Assembly: GCF_034006335.1 (NCBI RefSeq)
Contig: NZ_JAWDIQ010000001.1
DNA length: 64,000 nt
Source of the DNA: Paracerasibacillus soli
Lineage (GTDB): Bacteria; Bacillota; Bacilli; Bacillales; Amphibacillaceae
Direction: 5' to 3' (one strand)
The notes below the pieces were generated by a model. It was given only the letters and a program-made list of their open reading frames with translations. It was not told the origin of the DNA and searched no databases. This document shows, piece after piece, positions 47,030-59,062 of this stretch; the stretch's first letter is position 1; the number at the start of each line of letters is the position of its first letter. A program made the translations under genes and the position numbers.

Positions 47030-48469
47030 ATGCTGGAAGGATGGGGTCATGTGGATTTAACTTTAACGCACTTGTTATACGGATTGTTTACATTGGCGAT
47101 TATCGTTACGATGATTTTTCGTAAAGGTGTTGTATTACCGACGCTTTTAGGTACATTTATTATTGCGTGGGTATATAAAGGAAATGTTATTGATGGTTTT
47201 ACAGCAATTTTCAATGCTAATCTAGTGGCTGCACAAGAGTTATTTAATATCTTTTTAATTATCACGTTTATGTTGGCCTTGCTCCATTCTTTGCGAGATT
47301 TACGCGCAGATGAACGGATGATTCAACCAATTCAAAAGTGGATGGTTAATGGTCACATTTCCTTCTTTGTTTTGGTCGTTGTGACGTATGTCATATCTCT
47401 ATTCTTTTGGCCAACACCAGCTGTTCCGCTTATTTGTGCTCTGTTAGTACCAGCTGCAGTTCGCTTCTGGTTTACCGGCAATGACTGCTGCTGTCGCGAT
47501 TGCGATTGCAGGGCAGGGTATGGCACTTTCTTCTGACTACATTGTGCAAGTAGCTCCTAGTTTATCAGCAAAATCTGCTGGAACTGATATAGGCGCAGTT
47601 GCCGATAAAGGCCTTGTGCTCTCGCTTATTTCAGGTGGAGTAGCACTATTATTAGCTTATTTATTTTATCGTAAGTCAATACGAAAACCGAATGATCCAA
47701 AAAATGAGACTGATTTACAATCATTGCAATCATCCTCACGTACCAAGAATGAAGCAAATACGTCCTACGTAACATTATGGAGTCGAATCTTTGCGATAAT
47801 TGTTCCGCTATCTCTTTTATGTGTTGTTATATATATGTTGTATACAAAATTAGGTTCAGGGCGCATGAGCGGCTTAGAGGGAGGAGATGGTGCAGCGTTT
47901 GTAGGTGGGGTGGCTGTCATCTTACTTCTTTTATCAACGATTGCTTATGGAAAACAAAAGGCTTTGGATTATATTAGTAATCATATTACGGATGGATTTG
48001 TATTTGCATTTAAAGCGATGGGACCAGTTATTCCAATCGCAGGATTTTTCTTTCTGGGAAGCCCCGATTTTTCTGGTAACATTTTAGGAATTGAAGAAGG
48101 ACCGGCATTTTTATTTGAATTAGTAGAAGCAACGCAAAACTATTTACCTAATAGTGCGTTATTAGCTGCATTAAGTGTACTGATTATCGGGATTATTACT
48201 GGATTAGATGGATCAGGTTTTTTTGGCTTACCGTTAACAGGTGCACTAGCAGCAACATTAGAGACAAATGCAATTGACTCAGAGACACTAGCTGCTATTG
48301 GGCAAATGGGTGCAATTTGGACAGGTGGGGAACACTTGTAGCTTGGTCCTCGCTTATTGCGATTGCAGGTTTTTGTGGAGTTTCTGTGTTAGATTTAGTA
48401 AGAAAGAACTTTTTACCAGTTATCATCGGTTTAGTAGTTGCCACAGTAGCAGCCGTATTCTTTTTATAA
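47030..48469 (+). pseudogene. polytopic membrane transporter, family not assigned, 2 frameshifts
   Basis: About 480 aa reconstructed, with at least 10 TM segments. Confidence 0.35.
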
Positions 48470-48692
48470 AAGTCAAGTATCAAAAAGGGAAGCATCCTTC
48501 TATAACTATCAGCATGGACTTTCGTAAATGAAATGACATGCTGATTTTCTGTTTTCATACTGATTCGCTTAAATTATACATACTGCATGAAACTAACTGT
48601 AATACACATAGAAAAGAAGTCATATTATTTGCTGTTGTTATCAGAACTATGGAAAAATAGTGGTGATGAAGAAAATAAGTGGAGGGATGATG

Positions 48693-49670
48693 ATGAAAGC
48701 TTATGTTCATGAATATGGAAAATTACTTATAAAAGATATGCCAGAACCAGTTGCAGAAAAAGGAGAAGTAGTTGTAGCAATACGCGCGGCTGGCTTAAAT
48801 CGACGTGATTTATACATACCAAATCGACGCGGTAATGAAGTTGGGGCATTAATTTTAGGGTCAGATGGAGCAGGCATCATTGCATCGGTTGGAGAAGGAG
48901 TAACGAATGTAAAAGAAGGAGATGCAGTCATCATTAATCCGAGTTTGCGTTGGTTTAAGGAAAGTGTAGCACCACCAAAGGAATTTGATATTTTGGGAAT
49001 GCCCGATAATGGCACTTTCGCTGAAAAAATAGTTATTGATGCTCATCAAGTAGAGAAAAAACCTTCCTTTCTAACGTGGGAAGAGGCAGGGGTTTTAGGT
49101 TTAGCTGGATTAACAGGCTACCGCGCTCTCGTCACAAGAGGCCAGATTAAAGCAGGAGAAACGGTGTTTATTCCCGGAGCGGGAAGTGGGGTTGCCACTT
49201 ATTTAATTCAGTTTGCTAAAAACCTTGGAGCTACTGTTATCGTTTCATCTCGAAGCAAGGAGAAGTTAGCTGCAGCTAAAAAACTTGGTGCAGATGTAGC
49301 GGTTGATACAAACGCAGATTGGGAGAAGGAATTGGCAAATTATACGATAGATTTAGTAATTGAAAGCGTAGGACGTGCTACGTTTCATCGTTCATTAAAA
49401 GTATTAAAACCGGGTGGTAGAATTGTTGTCTTTGGTGCGACAACAGAAGATACGATAACGTTTGATTTACGAGAGTTCTTCTATGGGCAATATACATTAT
49501 TAGGATCGACAATGGGAAGTCGTGAGGAATTTCGCAATATGACAAAACATGTTGAAACACATCAAATACATCCTGTAATCGATGAGTTTTTCCCATTGGA
49601 GCGGGCGCAAGAAGCGTTTCATAAGTTAGAAGTAAATAAACAATTCGGTAAGATTGGACTAAGTTTTTAA
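48693..49670 (+). CDS. zinc-binding dehydrogenase / NADPH:quinone reductase (MDR superfamily)
   Basis: Rossmann GAGSGVAT. MDR topology. RBS GGAGGG. Confidence 0.65.
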   Translation: MKAYVHEYGKLLIKDMPEPVAEKGEVVVAIRAAGLNRRDLYIPNRRGNEVGALILGSDGAGIIASVGEGVTNVKEGDAVIINPSLRWFKESVAPPKEFDILGMPDNGTFAEKIVIDAHQVEKKPSFLTWEEAGVLGLAGLTGYRALVTRGQIKAGETVFIPGAGSGVATYLIQFAKNLGATVIVSSRSKEKLAAAKKLGADVAVDTNADWEKELANYTIDLVIESVGRATFHRSLKVLKPGGRIVVFGATTEDTITFDLREFFYGQYTLLGSTMGSREEFRNMTKHVETHQIHPVIDEFFPLERAQEAFHKLEVNKQFGKIGLSF

Positions 49671-49699
49671 TTCGCTAAAATAAGTATGATGAGGCCGGC

Positions 49700-49745
49700 A
49701 CAAAAGGATCCGCCCTGAGGGGAGGCAGATCCTTTTTGTTTTTTC
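49700..49745. terminator. bidirectional hairpin terminator (aaaaggatccgcc...ggcagatcctttttg)
   Basis: Near-perfect inverted repeat between convergent genes. Confidence 0.55.
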
Positions 49746-49762
49746 TCAACCTCATTGGTTTT

Positions 49763-49921
49763 TTACTTTAATACGGAAAGAAAAGGCGTAGTGATAATCG
49801 TTAATGCTAATATACCTACGACAATTGCGCCGACTTTGCTTTTGCTTTTCCATAGCTCAGTTGTAAAGTGTACCGCATAGAAAAACATGAGAATCATACT
49901 AATCCAAATAAATATCTTCAT
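49763..49921 (-). CDS. small membrane protein (52 aa) downstream of ger operon
   Basis: RBS GAAGGAG. MKIFIWISMILMFFYAVHFTTELWKSKSKVGAIVVGILALTIITTPFLSVLK, with two predicted TM helices. Confidence 0.4.
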   Translation of the reverse strand: MKIFIWISMILMFFYAVHFTTELWKSKSKVGAIVVGILALTIITTPFLSVLK

Positions 49922-49930
49922 ATTTATCTC

Positions 49931-51178
49931 TTACTCCTTCATTTTTGGTAGCTCTACCTGACGTCCTACATTTTCTACCCTTATATCAACGGAAACTTTT
50001 ACATCCATATCGGGGTATTTTTCCATCCAATTATAAGCTTTATATTTTGGTATAGTTAAAAACTGTTTTCGAGCGGCAAGTGACCAAGCAAATGGATTAC
50101 CTTTTAATTCTTCTTTCGTCTTCTTTATCAATTTTTCTATTTTATTATGTAATTGGCTTCTAATGGATTCTTTAAGTTCATGTTGTCTTGTCGTACTATC
50201 CGCAAAATCTACCATACTGTGGTTCGTTAGTACATCGACTGCTAGTGGAAGATCAACTGTAATCGTATCATTCTTAATATCAACTTGGACATCCGCCTTC
50301 TCACGTTGTTCCACTTTTATTGTCATTTCATATGCGTCGTTAAATGGATCTTCTAATATAAACAACATATCCTCCGCGCTTAATGTTCTTTTTAATAGGA
50401 TGGAGAGTTTTGTTTCTTCTGTTGTAAGCGTACCAATCATTTTACCTTTCTTAAAAACAGCGGAACCTCCATAATTAATGAAGTTTGTTCTTCCTTCATA
50501 AGGGAATTCACCAGCTTTATAATTGGCAGGATTTGAAAGTGGCTGATCTGATTGTTCGGCTGTTGCATAAATCGCTAAAAATAAATCTCCGTCGGCTGCA
50601 GTAATTCTAAATAAATCATTTACAACTGAATTAGGAATTTGGCCTGTTTTTGTGTCTTGCTCAAAAACAAATTTAAAGTATTTATGCATTCTTGATTCCA
50701 GTACTGGTTGGTTTTTTTCGAAAAATGTTAATGGATCTTCTTTTGTAACCAAAAAGTTTATATCTCTTCTTAATGCGATACCTTTTGTAATATCGTACAT
50801 CCAACGCATAAAGTTATCTGTTTTGGCAAATTCCTCTGATACAACAAATGCACGTAATATATTGTAAGTAACATCTTTAGCTATGACGGCATTTGCTATA
50901 TTTTCGGCAGAAATAATATCGCTTGCTTCAAAGGAAATAATTTCGGCAGGTGCGGCATTGGGAGGAGCACCGCCGCCTTGCTGTTCGGTACCATACTTTG
51001 GGTTTGCGATAAGATAGGTGACTTGGATGTTATCACTATTATCATTAGGTGATTTATCTAAACCAACAGCTAAAATATAGGCACTTGTTTCAACCTCTGT
51101 TCGATCTGCACAACTAGATAATAATAGGCAAAGTAAAAGTAGGGACAATATTTTGTTAAGATTTTGGTTGTATATCAT
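49931..51178 (-). CDS. spore germination receptor C subunit, Ger(x)C lipoprotein
   Basis: Lipobox LLSSCA. GerAC-family length and pattern. Confidence 0.7.
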   Translation of the reverse strand: MIYNQNLNKILSLLLLCLLLSSCADRTEVETSAYILAVGLDKSPNDNSDNIQVTYLIANPKYGTEQQGGGAPPNAAPAEIISFEASDIISAENIANAVIAKDVTYNILRAFVVSEEFAKTDNFMRWMYDITKGIALRRDINFLVTKEDPLTFFEKNQPVLESRMHKYFKFVFEQDTKTGQIPNSVVNDLFRITAADGDLFLAIYATAEQSDQPLSNPANYKAGEFPYEGRTNFINYGGSAVFKKGKMIGTLTTEETKLSILLKRTLSAEDMLFILEDPFNDAYEMTIKVEQREKADVQVDIKNDTITVDLPLAVDVLTNHSMVDFADSTTRQHELKESIRSQLHNKIEKLIKKTKEELKGNPFAWSLAARKQFLTIPKYKAYNWMEKYPDMDVKVSVDIRVENVGRQVELPKMKE

Positions 51179-51256
51179 GGTTCTTCTTCTCCTTTAATTT
51201 TGCTGCTGTCCATAATAGAAATGGAAAAATATAAACAAAAGGAGTCATATAAATCA

Positions 51257-52261
51257 TCAGTTTATCGCGGATGTGGTACAACGTAAGTGTAGGATAATCT
51301 GAATTAAACCAATAAATATAATAATATAGGCAAAAATCGGGATGAGATACTCAAAGTGTTTAATGTTGAATATTTGTCCAAATATATAAGCAGAAATAAA
51401 TAAATACACACTTATTCTAATAAACGGGACGACAAGCCAGAAAGGGAAAAAGATTGTTTCAATATTTTCTAGGCTACCAAAGTGAATGAATCGTAATAAT
51501 TCATGATAAGGATAACTAATTAATTTTGCTGTTTCAAAATCAAATATGACAATAAAGGCGATAAATGCAAAGGTAATCTCTACAATTAGTATAGAGACAG
51601 CTATCAATGTTCCTTTTTTGAAACTCTTTAAACTTGACACAAAGGGAATGACGACAAAGAGCAGTAATAAGTCAAATTGTACGGAACCACGTAAAAAAGA
51701 TTCCTTGATGATTTCTATTTCGCCGGATCCGAAAATGGGAAATAGGAATTCAGATGTACCTTGCATGATACCTAGCACCAATGCGATTAAAAATGCTGCA
51801 TTAATAATCGGGAATAAAACCCAGGAAATGGAGCCGATATTCTCTATCCCTTTCTTTCCTACATAGGCACAAACCCCCATGAGGACAACGTAAATCCATA
51901 GAGGGGCAGTTTCAGGAAAGTACATCGTGGAAATAATATCTGTATATTTTGCTGAATCAAGTACAATCGTATATGAAAAGACAACCCAAATGAAAAGCAA
52001 TATAATAACTGTTAAAACCTTCCCGAAAAGCTGATTCATATATTCGGCAAAACTTGTCGTGTCAAATTTACTTTGTACCTTAAACATCATCAAAGTTGGC
52101 AAGCCAATAAACAAACTTAGAAAAAAGGGTGACATCCAAGCAGCGGTATCTAATCCGGTTATAAATATGACTGGGGTATCATCAGTAATCTTTGCACCTG
52201 TCATAATAACTGCAAGTGCAACAAATTCACGAATACCAACTTTACCTTCTGGTTCCAACAT
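51257..52261 (-). CDS. spore germination receptor B subunit (GerAB-family amino-acid-permease-like)
   Basis: 10-TM Spore_permease pattern. Confidence 0.65.
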   Translation of the reverse strand: MLEPEGKVGIREFVALAVIMTGAKITDDTPVIFITGLDTAAWMSPFFLSLFIGLPTLMMFKVQSKFDTTSFAEYMNQLFGKVLTVIILLFIWVVFSYTIVLDSAKYTDIISTMYFPETAPLWIYVVLMGVCAYVGKKGIENIGSISWVLFPIINAAFLIALVLGIMQGTSEFLFPIFGSGEIEIIKESFLRGSVQFDLLLLFVVIPFVSSLKSFKKGTLIAVSILIVEITFAFIAFIVIFDFETAKLISYPYHELLRFIHFGSLENIETIFFPFWLVVPFIRISVYLFISAYIFGQIFNIKHFEYLIPIFAYIIIFIGLIQIILHLRCTTSAIN

Positions 52262-52264
52262 GAA

Positions 52265-53773
52265 TTAATCACCTGTCTTTTTTTGTGTATCCTTTGGCTT
52301 TATGAAACCTGGGCGAAAACGATCTTTACTCAATATTGTTCGAAAAATTGTATTTTTTGATGGGATGTATGATGGTGTTAATGGTGATAAATATGGTACA
52401 CCAAATGATTTTAATGAAGATAAGTATGTTAATCCCATGACGAATACTGCCATAATTCCATAAAATCCAAAAAGATAAGCTGCACATATGCAAGCAAAAC
52501 GCGATATACGAAAGGCGTAGTTAAGGCTATAATCTCCAATGACAAATGAGCATAATCCACCTAAAGCAACTACAATGACGACTACTGGACTGACAACGTT
52601 CGCCTGTACTGCTGCTTGACCTAAAATAAGGGCACCCACGATTCCAATCGTTGGACCGATAGGGGTAGGTACACGTAATCCAGCTTCCCTAATTAATTCA
52701 AAAGCTATCTCCATCAGAATAATTTCCGCAAATACTGTTAAAGGGACTTTAAAGCGTGCCGATACAATGGCAAAAAGCAAATCGGGCGGAATCATTCCGG
52801 CGTGAAAGGTTGTTAACGCAATATAAATAGCAGAGGTAAGCAGGGTAATTAGTAATGCAAGGCCCCGCAAAAAACGCGTGAAATTTCCATAAGGTAAACG
52901 TAAATAGTAATCTTCCGCGTTATGGTAAAATGACCAAAAAGTTGCAGGTAAAATTAAGCAATCTGGTGAATTATCCATAATTAACACAATAAAGCCATCT
53001 GCAATAAAGGAAGCTGCGCGATCGGGTCGTTCTGTATATAGTATCGTAGGAAAAACGGAATAACTTCTTTCATCTATGTATTGCTCTAATAACGATAGAT
53101 TTTGTATCATATCAACATCTAGGGAATCAAGTCGTTTTTTTATATTATCAACTAGTTTATCATTAGCTAAATCGTTTACATATAACATAAATACTTCGTT
53201 ATTCGCACGTTTTGAAATGGACATCGATTCTACAATGAGGTTTTCATTTTTAATTTTTTTACGAATGAGTGAAATATTTGATGAAGCTTTTTCGATGAAA
53301 GCTTCTTTTGGCCCTTTGACAACATGTTCATTTTCTGGTTGTTCAATATTTCTAGACTCAAAGTTACCTGCATTAAAAATATATGCAACTTGAAAACCTT
53401 CGATAAATAATATGGCATCTCCACCGTTCACATGTTTTATCAAAGACGAGATAGTAGAGGTGGTAGTGATGGTATTTCCGGCTACAATATTTTCAAATCT
53501 TACTTTCATCTTGATTGCTAATTAAAGGAGAAATGATACTATTTTCAATTTCTTGGATGTCCGTAATTGTTTTAATAAATAGTAATGTAGCTTGTTTTTG
53601 TAGTCCGCTTATTTTTAAATTTCTAAACGTAATATCAGAGTTCTTAGGATATGAATATAGCTTTTTAAACGTCTGAATATTATCTTGTAAATTGTCTTGA
53701 ATTTGTTTAGGTGTTAAAGGATTACCATTACCCGAATTATTTGGATTCTCCTTCTTTTTTCTGGCTGATTCAT
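52265..53773 (-). pseudogene. spore germination receptor A subunit (GerAA family), about 2 frameshifts in N-terminal region
   Basis: GerA core with 5 TM segments in ORF 52265-53509. The N-terminal 85 aa lie in adjacent frames up to the ATG at 53773 (A-run shift). Confidence 0.6.
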
Positions 53774-53884
53774 TAGTTGTTTCACAAACTTAGCTAACAT
53801 AAAGGACACTCCAATGTAACATCATATAATTAGAATGCCTCGAATGACAGTGTTTATTCATTTACATCACAAAAAGCAAAAAAA

Positions 53885-54000
53885 AGCTGAGACAAAACCA
53901 AATTGTCAGACTCCCTCAACTACTACAATCAGCATGAAACACTGAACTTTTTATTATTTATAGTAGTTGAACGAGGGAGTTAGACTGTCCCAACCTCTTT
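53885..54000. repeat. about 120-bp palindromic intergenic repeat (bcr/MITE-like), copy 2
   Basis: See copy 1 at 17790-17912. Confidence 0.55.
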
Positions 54001-54069
54001 TTCAAATGTAAAGTAATGAATTTAATTACGAAGATAGTATTGCTTTATCTTGAACGAAGAAGCTTATTT

Positions 54070-55297
54070 TTACGTATGCTGGACTTGAACCATCCAGTCT
54101 TTTCCTTCTAGTTTTCTTGTGACAAGCATGCTTGAAACGGTATCGCCTGTTACGTTTACCATTGTCGCTGGAGGATCGACAACGACACCGATTGCTGAGA
54201 TAATTGGTAGAGCTTCGATTGGTAGGCCGTATAATGTGACAATCATCATTTCGCCCATGAACCCACCTCCGGGGATACCGCTCATTACAATTCCTGATAA
54301 TAAACAGATACCAATCGCTGTCAGAAATGTTTGCCACCCGCTAAAGTCCATATGAAAAACTCCAAAGACGAATGCAATTTTTAACATAGCAGACAGACAG
54401 GAGCCGTCCATGTGTATTGTTGCACCAAGCGGTAATACAGTTTCTCTGATGTCTTTTGGAACGCCAATGTTTTTGGCAGCTTGTAGGTTAACTGGTAATG
54501 AAGCAATACTACTCCCAGTACCTAATGATGTAACAGCAGGAGAAAGGATATTTTTCCAAAAATGTCCGACGCCTTTTTTTCCACCAGCAATAAATGCGTA
54601 TAATGTAAAGCCAATAAAAAAGTATAATATAGCCACTGGATAATAAATGATAACAGCCTTTGCATAGTCACCAATTAAATCAGCACCAAATTGACCGATT
54701 AAGGTAGCGAAGTATGCCCCCAATCCAATTGGAGCTACATACATAATGAGTTGTACAAGTCTCATAAAAACTTCCGACCCACTCACAAGGAATTTAGCAA
54801 ATGGTTTACCTTTTTCCCGACTAAACCAGTGGAAATCCCGATTAATACTGAAAATACAATAAGTGCAAGCATGTTTTTTCTGGAAAATAAATCTATGAAA
54901 TCTGATACCGTGAAAGTTTGTACTAATTGCTCTGACAAAGTTAACTGATCTACTGCTTCAGGTGTTTCCTGTGGAATAGCAGCATGACTTCCAGGTGAAA
55001 AGATTACGGTTGCAATTAACATAAATACGGAGGCGATAATTCCTGTTAGAATAAATACGGTCATCATCGTACCCATAATTTTACCTAAACGTTTCATGCT
55101 ATTCATATTGGCAATAGCCGAAGAAATAGAAAAAAATACAAGCGGTATTACAACCATAAATAATAAATTAATAAATATGTCACCAAGTGGTTTTATGATA
55201 CTTGCCGGTCTCCAAAAATGAGACCAATAATGGATCCGATAATAATTGATACAAGTAAAATAATTGGAAAACGGTAGGCTATTAACTTTTCTTTCAT
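54070..55297 (-). pseudogene. dicarboxylate/amino acid:cation symporter (DAACS family; SstT/GltP-like), 2 frameshifts
   Basis: DAACS motifs in the C-terminal ORF (PLGATIHMDG). The N-terminus MKEKLIAYRFP has RBS GGGAGA. Confidence 0.6.
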
Positions 55298-55571
55298 ACA
55301 TTTCTTCTCCCTTAAAGAAGTGGTTCAAAAAGTACGTTAAACGTAAATAACGAGTCATTGGCTAATTTTTACACAAATCTATATAGAAGGCTTATTTTCT
55401 TCCAAGAATGCAGTGGAGAAATGTATAGCGTAGAATTGTATCAGACCAACGGTATTTTTAAATCCTTGTCCATTATTTTCTTTTTGAACAATCACTTATT
55501 TTAGTTTTTGGTTACGTAGTAATTTAACACGTAATCGTAGTTTACACGAAAAAGGGGAGTAAAAAAAGTAT

Positions 55572-56432
55572 TTAATTTTTTAAGTAAGGTGTTACTAAGT
55601 CAATTGCAGTTTGTAGTTTTTTGCTATTTTTCTCATACATATCTTTTGACTGCTCGTTTCTTGTTTCCAAAGCAAATAATTCTAAATCAGCTTGGCACTT
55701 TTTCATAGTCGCTAAAAGCATAGGCTTTTGGGTGGGACTTGGAACGGCAAGCTTATCATCGTATAAATCGACGGTGAGTTGACCGTCGCTATCGACCTGT
55801 CCGAGAAATACATTTTCAATGCTAATATTCATTTTTTCTAGTTCTGTTTCTAGCCAAGTTGGATTTAAGGAAGTATTGGCTAGTGGTTCTAAGAGAACTC
55901 TTCCGTCCATGATAACTGTTTGCGGCTCCCGTCTAGGTGGCATTTTGATTCCCAAATCAGCTGCAGTAAGTGATTGTTTGTCAGACTTCGGTAGTACACT
56001 TAACGCACCACTAGGCTCAAGAATTGCAAATTCAACATCTGACACTTGAAATATGTTGTTTCTCCGTAAATTTTCAAGTAAGTCGTCAGTGGAATACCGT
56101 TCCTGCTTCAATTTATCTTCCATTATTTTACCATTTTGTATCACGACCGTACTTTTACCTTGGGAGAAGTTACGAAAGGCTTTACTCTTTAAAGATAACC
56201 ATTCGACAAAAAAGGGAATGATAAACCAAATGAACATCGCAATTAACCCATATATTATTGGTGTGTCTAAAACACTTGAGTGGATAGCGACTATTCCGCC
56301 TAAAACAATTCCTGAAATATATTCAAAAATATTTAATTGAGATAATTGTTTTTTTCCGAGCCATTTTGTCATGAAAAATAACACGACGACGAGTGCGAAA
56401 GCCCTGAGAGCGATTTCTAACCAGTTTGGCAT
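55572..56432 (-). CDS. DUF421 (YetF-like) membrane protein, last gene of spoVA2-type operon
   Basis: N-terminal 3 TM segments plus the DUF421 core. Confidence 0.65.
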   Translation of the reverse strand: MPNWLEIALRAFALVVVLFFMTKWLGKKQLSQLNIFEYISGIVLGGIVAIHSSVLDTPIIYGLIAMFIWFIIPFFVEWLSLKSKAFRNFSQGKSTVVIQNGKIMEDKLKQERYSTDDLLENLRRNNIFQVSDVEFAILEPSGALSVLPKSDKQSLTAADLGIKMPPRREPQTVIMDGRVLLEPLANTSLNPTWLETELEKMNISIENVFLGQVDSDGQLTVDLYDDKLAVPSPTQKPMLLATMKKCQADLELFALETRNEQSKDMYEKNSKKLQTAIDLVTPYLKN

Positions 56433-56447
56433 CTTTGTATTTCCTTT

Positions 56448-56651
56448 CTATTTCTTATATTGCGGTTCTTCATTTATCAACATCGTTAATTGTTGATCAA
56501 GATCAAATTTTATATCGTAAATAAGTTTATTTGCTTGCTCTAGTACTTTTTGCGTTTCTTTATTTGTAGTCTGATTAGCCAATATATCCATCGTTGCTTC
56601 GATACTTTTAATGCTTGCGTAGCATGATCTGACTTGTGAACCAACTGTCAT
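56448..56651 (-). CDS. DUF1657 family small protein
   Basis: 67 aa; MTVGSQVRSCYASIKSIEATMDILANQT... Paralogue of 59063-59269. Confidence 0.65.
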   Translation of the reverse strand: MTVGSQVRSCYASIKSIEATMDILANQTTNKETQKVLEQANKLIYDIKFDLDQQLTMLINEEPQYKK

Positions 56652-56678
56652 ATTTATCCCTCACTTTATGCTTCAATA

Positions 56679-57029
56679 TTATCCTTTTGGTTTAAATATT
56701 AAGGCACCAATCATTCCGAAAATGATCGCTGCAGAAATACCTGAACTTGTTACTTCAAACATACCGGTTATGACACCAATTAGCCCATGTTTTTCTGCCT
56801 CTGCCATTGCACCATGGACGAGCGAATTTCCAAAGCTTGTAATCGGAACGGTAGCACCAGCTCCGGCAAAGTCAATTAAAGGCTCGTACCAACCAATGCC
56901 ATCCAATATTGCTCCTAACACGACTAAAATGCTCAATGTGTGGCCTGGCGTTAGTTTGAAAACGTCAAACATTATTTGACCAATTACACAAATGAGTCCA
57001 CCAACAACAAAAGCCCAAAAAAAGATCAT
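56679..57029 (-). CDS. spoVAEb: stage V sporulation protein AEb-like (116 aa)
   Basis: SpoVAC/SpoVAEb-family membrane protein. Its ATGA overlaps the spoVAD stop. Confidence 0.65.
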   Translation of the reverse strand: MIFFWAFVVGGLICVIGQIMFDVFKLTPGHTLSILVVLGAILDGIGWYEPLIDFAGAGATVPITSFGNSLVHGAMAEAEKHGLIGVITGMFEVTSSGISAAIIFGMIGALIFKPKG

Positions 57030-58043
57030 GAAATATCACTTCCTGACTCAATAGAAACAGCATGTGCAATACATGGAATAGAACCTTTTTGCTGCATAGA
57101 CATTGGAGAATGTAGCGCCCCAGTTGCTACGGCTAAAATCCGTTTTACTTTTCCTTCCGTTAACTTTTTTAAATAGTGACCGTATATACCAACTGCCGAA
57201 CTTGCTGTCCCGCTCCCACCGGATAGGACTGGTTGTTCTTCTTTGTAGATGGCTATCCCACAATCTTCGAATTGCTCTTCTTTAATTGGGACACCTTTCT
57301 CATGTAGGAGATCAAATGATATTTCCCTACCCACTTTTCCAAGATCTCCAGTTACAATAAGGTCATAATAAGAGTGATCAACACCCATTTCTTTTAAGTG
57401 TGTTATAATCGTGTCAACTGCAGCAGGAGCCATGGCACTTCCCATATTAAAAGGGTCTGTAATTCCCAAATCGACTACTTTACCAATTGTAGCCGAAGTG
57501 ACTACTGGGCCAAGAACCTGCTTTAGCAAGGAGGCCACATCCTGCACCAGTTACGGTCCATTGTGCAGTGGGAGGTTTTTGACCGCCATATTCTGTAGGA
57601 TAACGGAATTGTCGTTCGGTCGCGCTGTTATGGCTTGCGGTGCCACTTAAAATATAATTCGCACCACCGGCATTTATTATAAATGCTGCTAAAGCCAGTC
57701 CTTCCATAGAAGTAGCACATGCGCTAAAAATTCCAAAGTATGGTATATCTAATGTTTTGGCAGCAAGTGTTGTTGGTGTTATTTGATTAATTAAATCTCC
57801 GCCAATAAAAAATTCTACTTGTTCTTTTTGTATGGGACTATTTTTGATAGCATGTTGGCAAGCCTCTTCCAGCATAACCTGTTGTGCCTTTTCAAAAGAA
57901 TCTTGCTCTAGCCACGTATCACCGTGTAGAATATCAAAAGCTTCAGGAATCTTTCCTTTCGCTTCAAAAGGGCCACCAACTGTCCCTGTCGAGATAATGA
58001 CTGGTTTATTATCAAATATCCATGTACGATGCCCTTTCAACAT
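57026..58043 (-). pseudogene. spoVAD: stage V sporulation protein AD (thiolase-fold), one frameshift near 57500
   Basis: SpoVAD N-terminus WIFDNKPVIISTGTVGGP. C-terminal thiolase-like GxGxG. Confidence 0.7.
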
Positions 58044-58530
58044 TATAAGCCACCCCATTGTATAAGAATTGTTTTGATGAGGGCGACAATGAAAGCAGAA
58101 AAAACACCAAATAAAATAACAGAACCTGCTAACTTAAACATATTGCCACCAACACCTAAAACAAATCCTTCTGATCGATGTTCAATTGCTGCTGAAATAA
58201 CTGAGTTTCCAAAACCTGTTACAGGAACCGCGGAACCTGCACCAGCAAACTGCCCAATTCTGTCGTATATACCAAATCCCGTTAAAAGCATTGTGATAAA
58301 GATTAATGTGGCAACAGTTGGGTTACCAGCTGTTTTCTCTGTAAAATCAAAAAAGTAAATGTAAAATGTCGAAATGAGTTGACCAATTAAACAAATGAAT
58401 CCACCGACAAAAAAGGCTTTTATACAGTTTTTAATAACAGGTCGTTTCGCCTCTCTTTTTGTTGAAATGCTTGGTATTGTTGTGCTTCGGGAGTAAGTTT
58501 TTTATTTTTATTATTTGCCAATTCATTCAC
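58043..58530 (-). pseudogene. spoVAC: stage V sporulation protein AC (about 162 aa), frameshift in A5 run near 58470
   Basis: GTG start. KRPVIKNCIKAFFVGGFICLIGQ matches the SpoVAC N-terminal region. TAATG overlap with spoVAD. Confidence 0.6.
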
Positions 58531-58537
58531 TCTTTCA

Positions 58538-59002
58538 TTAAGTTTGTTCCTTTGATAATGCGATAATTCGCTTCACTTCTTTTTCTATTTGTTTTTTTGT
58601 TAATTCATTGTTATTCATTTTATCCTGTAAATCTGATACTTCTAGGTATATTTTTTCATCAGTTGAAATGACGACATTTTTATCATCATGAAGTTGATTT
58701 TTAATTTTATTTTTTAGATCTTTACGGATGCCTACTAAATCAAATCGTTTAGCATGGGGAACACGAATTGCAACAATTATGTCCTTCTTTCCATTTGCTG
58801 CTTTTACGGATGTAACATCTGCATGTTGTTTAACATAATTGATGACAAATTCAGTGTCTTGTTGGCCATGTTTTGTCGGATTCGCAATATTCGTGAATTG
58901 TCTACTTTGGTCTTCGTTTACTGCATTGTCTGAAACCGATTGGCAACCTAATAATAATATAGCAATTACAACAAAAATCTGGATGCGAAATAAATATGAC
59001 AT
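58538..59002 (-). CDS. YhcN/YlaJ-family sporulation lipoprotein
   Basis: Lipobox LLGCQS. Lys-rich YhcN/YlaJ-like region. RBS AAAGGTGG before the ATG at 59002. Confidence 0.55.
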   Translation of the reverse strand: MSYLFRIQIFVVIAILLLGCQSVSDNAVNEDQSRQFTNIANPTKHGQQDTEFVINYVKQHADVTSVKAANGKKDIIVAIRVPHAKRFDLVGIRKDLKNKIKNQLHDDKNVVISTDEKIYLEVSDLQDKMNNNELTKKQIEKEVKRIIALSKEQT

Positions 59003-59062
59003 TGTTTCCACCTTTTTCAAACGTAGTAAGAGGGGAAAAACCCCTCTATTTTAAATATTAAT

